64,000 nt of DNA from Amphiscolops sp. MND2022 (lineage: Eukaryota): contig OZ076419.1 in the NCBI GenBank assembly GCA_964187785.1, positions 45,384,001 through 45,448,000 of the forward strand. The letters run 5' to 3'. A program made the translations under genes and the position numbers. The notes under the pieces are model-generated. The model ran no database searches. It had not been told where the DNA came from and saw nothing but the letters and a program-made list of their open reading frames with translations. Positions 1-12,792 of this stretch are shown in pieces; the first letter of the stretch is position 1, and each line of letters opens with the position of its first letter.

Positions 1-276
1 CTCAATAGGGCAACTTTTTTGGGGATTCATCGTAACAATATTTAAACCGCGGCAATATTTGAACTGATCCCGCCCTGACCTATAACAACAAACAAAAGAA
101 CCATACCAATGACTGGGTAAATTGCCCCAAATCAGGCACAAAGATTAGAGACAATACTAACTGTCCAAACTACTCCGCAGAATAGTCGCCAACTGAGACG
201 ATGAAGCAGTGGTGTCTTGAACCTCACGGCGCATTTACGCAAACTGCTCCTAAACCAATCACAACCATAAAACAAA

Positions 277-647
277 TGTTAGGATCTGTCAATCAACCCT
301 TTTCGCTAACCATGTTTACTAATAATGATTCGAAAACGCATCTGTCACTTTTGTTTCATTTTGACCTCTACTTTGTATATGTACATTTTCAGTTGACTTG
401 TTGTTTAATAATATTGAATGCTGTAACTATCTACCTCGGGGCTCTGACCCACTCAAACATAACAACTGTGCAGATCTTGAACCATCAACATCAATTCCAA
501 CCTTGGAACATTATGCCTCATCCGGAGCTCTTTCTTTAACTCTCTATCATTTAATTTGCAACCAAGCAAGAGTAACCTAGTCAAATTCAATCTTCAATCA
601 CAAATCACTTTTTATCAAAAGCGATATCCTAGCTTCTGATTCTAACA
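277..647 (+). repeat. 5' LTR of copia element
   Basis: TGTTAGGATC...TTCTAACA; differs from 5884-6253 at about 7-8 positions. Confidence 0.97.
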
Positions 648-659
648 GATTATGAGACT
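648..659 (+). other. Primer-binding site complementary to the anticodon stem-loop of elongator tRNA-Met
   Basis: GATTATGAGACT directly after the LTR; its reverse complement AGTCTCATAATC matches the eukaryotic elongator tRNA-Met anticodon arm (recalled sequence). Confidence 0.75.
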
Positions 660-734
660 TATACGCACAACTGCCAATTCTGTGCCTTACCCCAAACCTC
701 AACTTCTTTGTTGACCTTTTTATTCCTGGGCTGC

Positions 735-1520
735 GTTTCAACCAGCTGTGTTCCATGTGGACCCTTTCTCTCTCTGGGCTTCCTGCTGGCTGTTCTCTTG
801 GAGGACAACTTCTGTGGATCTGGGCGGTGTTGCTGCTGGTGGTGTTCCGTGTGGGACACTTTCTTTCTTTGGGCTTCCTGCTGCTGGTGGTGTTCCGTGT
901 GGGACACTTTCTTTCTTTGGGCTTCCTGCTGCTGGTGGTGTTCCGTGTGGGACACTTTTTTCTTTGGGCTTCCTGCTGCTGGTGGTGTTTCTTGTGGACT
1001 CTCTTTCTCTCTTTGGGATTCCTGCTGCTGGCTGTGTTCTGTGTGGACCCTTTCTCTCTCTGGGCTTCATGTTGGCTGTTCTCTTGGAGGACAACTTCTG
1101 TGGATCTGGGCGGTGCTGCTGCTGGTGGTGTTCCGTGTGGGACACTTTCTTTCTTTGGGCTTCCTGCTGCTGGTGGTGTTCCTTGTGGACTCTCTCTCTC
1201 TTTTTGGGCTTCCTGCTGCTGGCTGTGTTCTGTGTGGACCCTTTCTCTCTCTGGGCTTCCTGTTGGCTGTTCTCTTGGAGGACAACTTCTGTGGATCTGG
1301 GCGGTGCTGCTGCTGGTGGTGTTCCGTGTGGGACACTTTCTTTCTTTGGGCTTCCTGCTGCTGGCTGTGTTCCGTGTGGGCCTCCATCTCTCTTTGGGCT
1401 CCCTGTTGCTGGCTGTGTTCCGTGTGGGCCCCCTCCTCTCTCTGGGCTTCCTGCTGGGTGTTCTCTTCGAGGACAACTTTTGTGGCTCTGGGCTTTGCTG
1501 TTGCTGGCTGTTGTGCGCCA
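735..1520. repeat. Leader minisatellite, ~47-48 bp units with ~190/287 bp higher-order blocks
   Basis: Unit gctgctggtggtgttccgtgtgggacactttctttctttgggcttcct; marker GAGGACAACTTCTGTGG recurs near 800, 1087, 1277 and (variant) 1468; + strand very A-poor. Confidence 0.92.
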
Positions 1521-1754
1521 TTGTAAAACAGACTCGATAAGACTCTGAACTCTTTTTTTTATATATTTTTTTGGTGCTTTATAATTGTTGCCCCCCTTCA
1601 GTGACCACATCATTTGCCACCTCTTTTTGTAGGCCCCAACTCAAAGTATCCCTTAAACACCCTGTAAGCTAAGTAGAAGCAAGTTTCAAAGAACAAGGCG
1701 TGTTAGGATTTAGACAAATTGAGCTGTGCACAAAAAAAACAGTACAAAACAAAC

Positions 1755-4700
1755 ATGGACCTCGTGAAAAATCAAAACCGCCACCTCTTCTCTGGGAAAG
1801 AGAGCGACTTTCCTTATTTCTGTGAAATATTTGAAGCGCGTATGTTCATCCTCAAACTCCATAGTGTTTTAGAAGGAACAGCGAAATCTGCTGACTACGT
1901 GCCAAAAGATGCTGAACCAAACGACGCAGCAACAAAAGAAGCTGCGAAGAAGAAATTGGACGAGGCGGAAGCACAAGTCTACTACGAATTGATGATGCAT
2001 CTGGACAAGAAGACGGCTCTTTTCATCAGGCCATACAAACAACAAGGATCCACTGCATGGAAAGCACTTGTCCGAAAGTTCAAAAGCAGTGAGAAGCCAA
2101 GGGTGTTCCAACTGACTCAACAACTGACGAACCTCAAGATGAGCAACGAAACAGTTGAGGACTACATTGTACGAGCTGAAACACTACTGGGGGATCTTCG
2201 TGAAGCCGATCAAGCTATTTCAGAAGACGTGTTCCAAACCTTGTTGCTCAATGGCCTGACCAAGACATTCGATCCCATTGTTACTTTGGTTAACTTTTCA
2301 AACGAAAACTTGGAATATGAGGACTTGAAGCAGAAACTCATCAACTTCGGCGCAGATAAGAAACACAACGATCATGTTGAGAAAGAGAAGGCTTTGTTCA
2401 ACAAACCAACAGTTCAGTGCTTCAAATGTGGTAATAAAGGCCACAAAGCAAATCAATGCTGAACGGACACAACTGTCACTTGCTCCTTTTGCAAGAAGAA
2501 GGGACATATTGAGGAACAATGCCGAGCGAAGAAGACTAACAATAACAACATGCCATCCGACAAAAAGCAACTCCACTGTACAAACTGCAAACGCACGGGC
2601 CATACAGTTGACCGTTGCTTCAAACTAAAGAACGCAAACAAAACAAGCGCTCAAATGGTAACAACTAAAGCAGTTGGAACAATAGGAACTTCGTTTTCTT
2701 TCGTTAGTGGTAATTTCCAATCCTCAAACTTTAGTTTCATTCTTGATTCCGGTTGTACTTCTCATATGATAAACGATAGGCAACTGTTCAAAACATTCTT
2801 TGATAATGTGACTGATGTTCAGGTAGCCACTGCTGATGCCACTGAGAGCACTGCTGGCGGGACTGGAGATGTCGACATCACTGTGGGAACAAACAAAGAT
2901 GCTCGGGCAACAATCACATTGAAGGACTGTCTCTACATGCCACGGTATGCGAGAAACCTCATTTCCGTGAAAAAGATAGTCGACAATGGTGGTCAAGCAG
3001 TGTTTGATGACTCACCAAGGATCATTGCCCCTGACGGAGCAGTGCTTCCGATTGAAATAGAAGGTGATCTCTATGTCTGGAGAGCCACAGCTCATTGCCC
3101 GAAACAAGCATCCAACACGAGCATCCACAACTGGCATCTCAGAATGGGGCACAATAATGAGAAAGACCTGCGCCAACTGCAGAAGAAAGTGAAAGGCATG
3201 CACATCAGTGACAGTGAAACGCAAGTGGATTGTGATGTTTGCCTAACCCAGAAAGCAAAGCGAGTCAACATACCCAAACAAGTTGGAACTCGAGCGTCCC
3301 AAGCAAAAGAGATTATACACAGTGATGTACTGGGTCCACTGGAAGAATCAATAGATGGGCATCGATACGCAATCAACTTCATTGACAGCTTCTCGCGTTT
3401 CGGTGCTGTTTACTTTATGAGAACTCGGACTGATGTTCCAGACAAATTCAAGCAGTTCATTGCCGACTACAAAGCTCCTCAAACTATTGTCACCGACGGT
3501 GCTAAGGAATTCACTTCAGAAACCTTCGAGGAAATTTGCCGTGAAAAGGGCGTTCGTCATGAAATCTCAAGCCCATACACTCCAGAAGAGAACGGGAAGT
3601 CGGAACGACTCTGGAGTACTCTGATGAATACCACGAGATGCTTGCTGTCTTCAGCTAACATGCCCAATACTTTTTGGACGTATGCCTTGAATCATGCTGT
3701 GTTTGTAAAGAACAGGTGCATTCACTCTAGTATCGATTGTACACCATTCGAATTAATGTTCGGGTACCAACCCGACCTAAAAGATGTGAGAGTTTTCGGT
3801 TCATTGCCTTTTGCTTACGTTGAAAAACAGTTCCAATCCAAATTGAATCAGCGCGCCGAACCTTGTCTTTTTCTTGGGTACAAACCCAAAAGTAATTGTT
3901 CAATAATTGCAATCTACAACAGCTCTCTGGAACCTTCCATTAGGGTAACAAGAAATGTAAAAGTAATTGAGAAACCTTTCTTTACTTCGAAATACAGTCC
4001 ATATAGTACTTCACTGCAACTACGTTTAGATTCGACCGAACAAATGGAACATCATGACCTAGTGCCCGCTGCAATACCGCAACCATCTCTAGCAGACGAC
4101 GTGGACATTCGGGACGAAAGTGACAATCAAATTTATCAGCAGACACCTGACGCAACTGTTACAGAGAACAATGACGAAACTCCAACATCCTCCCAGGTCA
4201 CCGATGATTCTGAGGGGAACCTATGGCAATCAACAAGACGCAGAAAACCACCAGACTTCTATGGGATACCAATCCAGTCGTCCGTCGTGGAAGAAGCCTT
4301 ATACTCAGCACCGAATACATCATTACCGATTGACGCTGAGGATGCACTGGCCAAGAGGCATTGGAAGGAAGCGATGGAGAAAGAAGTACATTCACTGAGA
4401 CAACTCAGGGTGTGGGATCTTGTTGACAAACCCGAATCAGCAAATGTTATTGGCTCCAAGTGGCACTTCTCAATCAAGCGCGATGACTCTGGAGCGATCT
4501 CGAGATACAAGGCTCGTTTCGTAGCCAAGCGTTTTCCTCAAAGATTCGGCGAGGACTACTTCGAAACGTTCTCCCCTACATGTCGACTCTCAACAATTCG
4601 GCTAATACTAAACTTTGGTGCTCAATCTGGATGCCAAATCAAACAACTTGACGTGAAGACCGCCTACCTGTACGCGCCAATCGACACAGATGTCTACATT

Positions 4701-5872
4701 CAGCAGCCAAATAGCTTTGAAGTTAGAAACGGTAATGGGAAATTGAAAGTGTGTAAGTTACTGAAGTCGATATACGGCCTCAAACAGTCAGGTAGAAACT
4801 GGCACTTAGCATTGAAGAGTCATTTAGAAACACTTGGTCTTACATCATCAAACAATGACCCAGCTCTGTTCTCAGTGTTAACAACCATAGAAAATGTCTT
4901 GTTGCAGCTTGGGTTGACGACATTGTGTACACCAGTAACGACCCGGATTTCGTGTCAACACTCGAGAATCACATCACCAAACGCTTCACTGTCAGCGAAT
5001 GTTCCGATCTTCGGTGGTTCCTAGGCATGCAGATCAATGTCACGAAAAACCACATCCATGTGAACCAGAAACAGTACATTGAGGACATGCTGATAAGCTA
5101 CAACATGGTGGACTGCAAAACGTTTCCAACGCCGTTGCCTGAAAAGATAACTTTGACAAGAGGTGACTCAACAGAGGACAATAAAGAGATGTCTGACAAG
5201 CCATACCGTGCGCTAGTGGGCAGTCTCAACTACTTGGCCTCAACGTGTAGACCCGATATTGCGTATGCTGCTCATACCTTGAGTTCCTTCCTTGAGAAAC
5301 CAGGTTTACCGCACTGGAATGCGGCCAAACACGTTCTTCGTTACTTGAAAGGTACAAAAAAATTTGGTCTCTTTTTCAGACATCATCCAGATGGGATAAC
5401 GTTGACAGGATGCTCTGATGCCAACTGGGGAGGAAACGTAGACAACAAGAAGTCAACATCTGGTTTCTGCTTCTTCCTCAACGACGCCTCTGGTGCAATT
5501 TCTTGGATGAGCAAACTACAGCCAACTGTAGCAACCAGCACAGCTGAAGCTGAACTACTGGCGTGTCATGCTGCTGCACTAGAGATGCAATACTTTTCCA
5601 ACCTGCTGAATGAACTTCATATAGTTTCGAATACACCACGCATTCTCCTCTGCGACAATCAAGCCGCAATTGCCCTTTGCTCTAATTCCCTCAAGCAGGG
5701 AAGGACGAAACACTTTGCTGTGAAAGTCAGCTTCATTCGCGACTGTCTAGAGAAAAAGCTCTTCACACTGTCATACCAGTTATCGGAACATATGATAGCC
5801 GATACATTAACTAAGCCACTAGGACCAACTAAGTGTTCTAGGTTCGTCAAAAGGCTCTTAGGTGTTGCTTGA
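1755..5872 (+). pseudogene. gag-pol: copia gag-pol polyprotein with in-frame TGA (2460-2462) and a 1-nt frameshift (~4870)
   Basis: Gag FSGKESDFPYF; three CCHC knuckles; protease LDSGCTSHM; WHLRMGH; integrase HSDVLGP, TDGAKEF, ENGKSER; RT QLDVKTAYL, YGLKQSGRNW, WVDD (shifted frame); RNase H GCSDANWGG, TKHFAVK. Confidence 0.95.
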
Positions 5873-5883
5873 AAGAGGGGGAG
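5871..5883 (+). other. Polypurine tract
   Basis: GAAAGAGGGGGAG immediately before the 3' LTR TG. Confidence 0.9.
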
Positions 5884-6253
5884 TGTTAGGATCTGTCAAT
5901 CAACCCTTTTCGCTAACCATATTTACTAATAATGATTCGAAAACGCATCTGTCACTTTTGTTTCATTTTGACCTCTACTTTGTCTATGTACATTTTCAGT
6001 TGACTTGTTGTTTAATAATATTGAATGCTGTAACTATCTATCTCGAGGCTCTGACCCACTCAAACATAACAACTGTGCAGATCTTGAACCATCAACATCA
6101 ATTCCAACCTTGGAACATTATGCCTCATCCGGAGCTCTTTCTTTAACTCTCTATCATTTAATTTGCAACCAAGCGAGAGTAACCAAGTCAAATTCAAATT
6201 CAATCACAAATCACTTTTTATCAAAAGCGATATCCTAGCTTCTGATTCTAACA
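5884..6253 (+). repeat. 3' LTR of copia element
   Basis: Direct repeat of 277-647 followed by TSD ACAAA. Confidence 0.97.
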
Positions 6254-6259
6254 ACAAAC

Positions 6260-7250
6260 ACAGCCTGTGTGGTCGAAAGGAAGAAATTTAAAACAACGTA
6301 CAACTCCCGCCAACCTTATTCATTTTACCGTGGGGGACCACTCTCACCTCCTTCATGATTAGTGTCACAATCATACCGGCGTTGAGAAGCAGAAGGTCTT
6401 TCGAGAAGTCTCATAAGAAACAGAAACATTCGCAGGAACAACGGAAACAGAAGACGAAGCTTCAGATAACACTTTAGCAATTCAGGGTAAATCAGCACAA
6501 TGGGACGACGAAGCAACGCAACTTGTTGGAACAGAATTTTCTAAGATAAGACCAGGTTACTAAAAATCAAGATTGGGTTCAGACGCGTCAGCAATTCGGA
6601 AAAGGATTGAAGGTTGATCACATAGGAATAGCCCAAGATCCCATGAAAGTAGGAAACATTTTACCAATTTGAGTTAACACGACCTGTTTTTGTAGATTGG
6701 CGGACATCATCATCTGTCCAACCTAAAGTAGTCTCGTTTCCGCTGACAAAATTGGCAAAAGCAGTACGGGGTTCAAACTCATCTCCACCGGCGAAGGTAG
6801 ATAAGCAAAGCAACCTAGAAAAAACAATTTCTTTTTCGCCTCAGCCAATCATTGCGAAGACGTAAGCAAAACGCTTTCGAAATGAAAACGCAAGCAAACG
6901 AAAAAGGAATTTACCAAATAAGAATATACTAAAACTGCAGGAAGCGGAAGAACCAACTTCCCACTTGTCGTCCAGATACTCAAAGAAAACAATCATCTGG
7001 ACTATTAAAACCACTTTCGCAAATCTTTACAAAAACGAGCAATTTCCTCCTCGTCGACATTTCGTCGCATGAATATGAAGGCACCAGACGAAGCACTGTC
7101 TGTAATACAGGCAATGCCTGTAATATTGATCAGCGTGCTAACTATTTCTGGGTCTTCTCTAGAGGCAACCAAAGGGAGAGTGGAAGAACAGTAGACGTCT
7201 CTGAAGGAATTCAATCATTCCGGAATATTGGCTCCGACGTTTGAAACCAT
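6260..7250 (-). pseudogene. Highly decayed retroelement gag/protease-like remnant interrupted by the copia insertion
   Basis: Minus-strand fragments loosely resemble retrotransposon gag spacing (NVDEEEIARFCKDLRKWF...IWTTSGKLVL...KRF), with a DTG-like remnant next to the insertion site; many stops. Confidence 0.3.
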
Positions 7251-9244
7251 TAGAACACCGAGATAAAGAACGCCAAAACCACTACACGAGGAAGAAACGT
7301 GTATGGTGGAGAGACTAGCTGCCCACGACTCGGACAGCAGCTAATTCGGGAACCTGACACTCCTTTCTCTGCATCTTCTTCAACCAGCGTCCGTTTTGAG
7401 GGAAATAACAAATCTGTCCCCAGCTAACTAAGTGCCACCCGCGAAGATCGACAGACTCAATGATCTAGACGAGCCCATAGTGCCACAGATAGAGGTTTAA
7501 GGATTCAGAGTGGACGACAGTGGAGAGAGGAATTTGTCAGCTGGCCGAGGAATCAGTTACACCTCACAAAAAAACGAAGAGGAGGAAACAGCCAGTACTA
7601 ATTGTCAGGAAACTTCCCCCATTGCTCTAGCCAAGTCGCAGCAAGAGTGCGTGGGGCCATGTCACAGCCCGCTTCCGGCTGTTGTATTTCTTGCCTCCAC
7701 GATATACCTAGAAACTCGTGTCGACTGGGCCACGGAAGTGCCAAACAATTTCAAGTTAGTTAGAACTTTACTTACAGCACAGATGAATGATTTGTGAGAA
7801 AACAAATTACAAAAACTGACGGACGTGTAACGCAGAATGTAGTCCAAGTGAATGTTCAAGCAGAGAATTTCCGGTCTATCATTTCACGAACAGTTATTTT
7901 CCAATTCCAGTTCTTTGTCTGGAACCGTTTTCAACCAATCTGAATGTCAAAATGAGAACATAACAGAAAATCCGGAAGGGAAATTATCCCTTCTCCAAAC
8001 TATAAGAAAAATTGCAAAACAACGTTTAGATCCGTAATTCCTACGGATAACATACGACCTTAAAAGAGAACAACCTCCTGAAATCGGGCAACAGAATTAG
8101 ACCAAAGTAGTTGTCAGAATTTATTCAGATTACGAGTATGTACCCGAAACAATCACCACGTAATGGTCGCGTCACACGGTCCAATAGCCTTGTCGCCTCA
8201 CCTAAAACTTTGCGCTCAAGTGAATGAGGTTGATTTTTGTGATATCACTAGCTAGAGATTTAGAATGCTTTTCTGAGTTGGCGTAATCCCTTCACCAGCC
8301 GTTGACCAGCTATAGCTAATCTTATACACACGGAGACGCTACGTTGCGATTGTAAAATTGTCTGTTAAAATGAAGATCTAAGCAAAAATCGAATTTTCAA
8401 TGGAAGTAACGAAGTCATAGGTTTGGTGAAGGGTTTCGAATTAGTCAAAAGCTCTGTTGTAAGATAAGCGATGAAATTGTTTCCCACCTCTGAATTGAGC
8501 GCAGTAGTAGAAGTACGTGGCATTATAGGCGGGGGGGGTTGAGTGAGTAACCAAATATGATCATAAGGCCGACTCCAAATGACGTCATGATTGCGACACA
8601 ATGACGTAACCGAAGGTCAAAAATACTCACTCACGGAGAGCCGACTAGAAACCGAAACAAATATACACAACCTTGAAAAATCCGAGCCCGGAATTTTTTT
8701 GTTTCTATTTCAGGCAATGAAAGGAAATTTCCTTACCTTTGCGTGCTGGAAAGTAAAAAAATGGAAGGAGCAGTTTGTTAGGAATGAAAATTGCAACCGT
8801 GATAAAAAGAAACACGATCAATAAAAGGTGATTTCATCTACCAACGTTGAAATGAATGTGCTTCTACTTAGTTCCTTTTGATGCTAGTGACTTTTTTTGA
8901 TGCGTGATTTTTATGGATAAATTTTCCCTGAAGTTACCTTCATTTGCGTAATGGATAACATTCTTTATCATTCCAACCATCAACCACCAAAAATATCTCT
9001 ACCTTTACACAACGCCATTTTTTTACACCGAGTAACATGGAAATGAGTTCTGCAAACTGTGAAAATTGTTATCGAAATTGATGGAAAAGATGCTGAAATG
9101 CTGTAAAAAGGATAACTTTTCTCAGTATAGAATACTGAAAGAGTTTTCACAGTGTTGAATAACGAAGTGTGGGACACGAAATAGGACATACTTTTATTTT
9201 ACAAAAGCGCGGAGTAGCCCCTGAAATAGCTACTATTTTCTACT

Positions 9245-12200
9245 AGCATCTCTACAGAGATCCCTTAGTAATATACCGTATTCTGAAATGTAGATTGAAT
9301 ATAAGTTCTACGCGACTGTGTTCATTGATTCTTAGCTACTTTAGCCCTACAGTATTGTATTGTATATTGAAATATAGATCGAAGATAAGTCCTACACGAC
9401 CATGTTCATCGAATCTTAGCTACTTTAGACCTATAGTACGGTACTGTATGTTGGAAGATTGTTCGAATATAAAAGCTATACGATCTTGTTAATTGAACAT
9501 TAGCTACTTTAGACCTATAGTATTGTACTGTATAATAGAAAATAGATCGAATATAAGTCGTTTAGAGCTGTGTTCATCGAATCTTAGCTACCTTAGATGT
9601 ATAGTATTGTACTGTATATTGACCGATAGATCCAATAAAAGTCCTATACGCCTATGTTCAATGAATCTTAGCTACTTTAAACTTATAGTTTGGTACTGTC
9701 TATAGAAAGATAGATCGAATACAAAACATACGACCCTGTTCATCCAATCTCAGCTACTTTAGACCTATAGTATGGTACGGTATATTGGAAGATAGACCAA
9801 TTATAAGTCCTTTACAGCTGTGTTCACCGAATCTTAGCTACTTTAGATCTATAGTACGGTACTGTATGTTGGAAGATTGTTCGAATATAAAAGCTATACG
9901 ATCTTGTTAAATGAATCTTAGCAACTTTAGACCTATAGTATTGTACTGAATAATGAAAAATAGATCGAATATAAGTCGTTTACAGCTGTGTTCATCGAAT
10001 CTTAGCTACTTTGGACGTATAGTTTTGAACTGTATTTTGTCCGATAGATCCAATAAAAGTCCTATACGCCTATGTTCAATGAATCCTAGCTACTTTACAC
10101 TTATAGTATGGAACTGTATATAGAAAGATAGATCGAATATAAAACATATACGACCCTGTTCATCGAATATCCGCTACTTCAGACCTAAAGTATGGTACGG
10201 TATATTGGAAGATAGATCAATTATAAGTCCTCTACAGCTGTGTTCAACGAATCTTAGCTACTTTAGTCCTATAGTAAGGTACTGTACTTTGAAAGATAGA
10301 TCAAATATGAGTCCTATACAACTTTGTTCATTAAATCTTAGCTACTTTAGACCTAAATTATAGTACTGTATATCGAAAGATAGATCAAATATGAGTCCTA
10401 TACGACCGTTTTCATCGAATCGTACCTAACTTAGACGTAAAGTATTGTACTCTATATAGAATGACAGATCCAATATAAGTCCTATTCGTCTATGTTCATT
10501 GAATCTTAGCTACTTCAGACTTATAGTATATTGAAAGATAGATCGAATATAAAACATATACGACCCTGTTCATCGAATCTTAGCTTCTTTAGACCTATAT
10601 TATGGTGCTGTATATTGAATGACTGATCGCCTATAAAAGCAATACCATCGTGTTAATTGAGTCTTAGATACATTAATCCTTTAGTATGGTACTGTAAAAT
10701 GAAATATAGACCGAATATGAGTCCTATACAACTTTGTTCATTAAATCGTAGCTACTTTAGAGCTATATTATGGTACTATATATTGAAAGATCGATCGAAT
10801 ATAAAACCTATACGATGGTGTTAATTGAATCTTAGCTACTTTAGACCTATAGTTTTGTACTGTATATTGAAAGATAGATCAAATACAAGTTCTTTACAGC
10901 TTGTTCAATGAATCCTAGCTACTTTAATCCTATAGTATGGTACTGTGAAAGGAAAGATAGATCGAATATGAGTCCTATACAACTTTGTTCATAAAATCTT
11001 AGCTACTTTAGACCTTCAGTATGGTACTGTATATTGAAAGATTTATAGAATATAAAACCTATACGAACGTGGTAATTGAATCTTAGCTACTTTAGACCTA
11101 TGGTTTTGTACTGTATATTGAAAGATAGATCGAATATAAGTACTTTACAGCTGTGTTCAATGAATCTTAGCTACTTTAGTCCTATTGTATGGTACTGTAA
11201 ATTGAAAGATAGATCAAAGATAACTCCTATACAACTTGGTTCTTTAAATCTTAGCTACTTTAGACCTATATTTTGGTACTGTATATTGAAAGATTGATCG
11301 AAAATAAAAGCTATACGAACGTGGTAATTGAATCTTAGCTACTTTAGACCCCTATAGTCTTGTACTGTATATTGAAAGATAGATCGAAAAGATAGATCGA
11401 TAGTATAAGTCCTATCCGAAAGTTTTCATCGAATCTTAGCTACTTTAGACGTATAGTATTGTACTCTATATTGAATGATAGATCCAATATATGTCCTATA
11501 CGTCCATGTTCATTGAAACTTAGCTACTTTAGACTTTTATTATGGTACTGTATATTGAAAGATTGATCGAATATAAAACCTATACGATCGTGTTAATTGA
11601 ATCTTTGCTACTTTAAACCAACAGAATGGGACTGTATATCGAAAAAAATATCAATTAGAAGTCCTATACGACCGTTTTTATTGAATCGTACCTATCTTAG
11701 ACGTAAAGTTTTGTACTCTATATAGAATTATAGATCCAATATACGTCCTATACGTCTATGTTCATTGAATCTTAGCACTTTCAGACTTATAGTATGCTTC
11801 TGTATATTGAAAGATAGATCGAATATAAAACATATACGACCCTGTTCATCGAATCTTAGCTACTTCAGACCTAAAGTATGGTACGGTATATTGGAAGATA
11901 GATCATTTATAAGTCCTCTACAGCTGTGTTCAACGAATCTTAGCTACTTTAGTCCTATAGTAAGGTACTGTAATTTGAAAGATAGATCAAATATGAGTCC
12001 TATACAACTTTGTTCATTAAATCTTAGCTACTTTAGACCTATAGTTTTGTACTGTATTTTGAAAGATAGATCGAATATAAGTCCTATACGACCGTTTTCA
12101 TCGAATCGTACCTAACTTAGACGTAAAGTATTGTACTCTATATAGAATGACAGATCCAATATAAGTCCTATACGTCTATGTTCATTGAATCTTAGCTACT

Positions 12201-12792
12201 TCAGACTTATAGTATGGTACTGTGTATTGAAAGATAGATCGAATATAAAACATATACGACCCTGTTCATCGAATCTTAGCTTCTTTAGACCTATATTATG
12301 GTGCTGTATATTGAATGACTGATCGCTTAAAGAGCAATACCATCGTGTTAATTGAGTCTTAGCTACATTAATCCTTTAGTATGGTACTGTAAAATGAAAT
12401 ATAGATCGAATATGAGTCCCATACAACTTTGTTCATTAAATCGTAGCTACTTTAGAGCTATATTATGGTACTATATATTGAAAGATCGATCGAATATAAA
12501 ACCTATACGATGGTGTTATTTGAATCTTAGCTACCTTAGACGTATAGTATTGTACTCTATATTGAATGATAGATCCAATATATGTCCTATACGTCTATGT
12601 TCATTGAAACTTAGCTACTTTAGACTTTTATTATGGTACTGTATATTGGAAGATTGATCAAATATAAGTCCTATACGACCGTGTTCCTTGAATGTTAGCA
12701 ACTTTAAACCTATAATATGGTACTGTATATTGAAAGCTAGATCAAACATAAGTCCTATACAGCTGTGTTTATAGAATCTCAGCTACTTTAGT
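9245..12792. repeat. Tandem satellite, 84-bp unit, ~42 copies
   Basis: GAATCTTAGCTACTTTAG anchor at 9411, 9495, 9579 etc. (period 84); consensus ...gacctatagtatggtactgtatattgaaagatagatcgaatataagtcctatacgaccgtgttcatc. Confidence 0.97.

Larger units (their letters stand above)
277..6253 (+). mobile_element. Ty1/copia LTR retrotransposon, full length but defective
   Basis: TG...CA LTRs at 277-647 and 5884-6253; 5-bp TSD ACAAA (272-276, 6254-6258); PBS 648-659; PPT 5871-5883; copia domain order gag-PR-IN-RT-RH. Confidence 0.97.

Noticed and set aside
201-580. Short ORFs over the LTR (also 5862-6238)
   Set aside because: Incidental frames duplicated with the LTRs; no protein signal.
598-1613. 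Long overlapping Cys/Trp-rich and Lys/Arg/Gln-rich ORFs as real genes
   Set aside because: Explained by an A-poor repeat lacking stop codons; the translations shift phase with unit length.
9245-12792. CRISPR array or repeat-protein gene
   Set aside because: There are no unique spacers, only degenerate 84-bp monomers; ORFs arise because 84 is a multiple of 3 and they are broken by stops.
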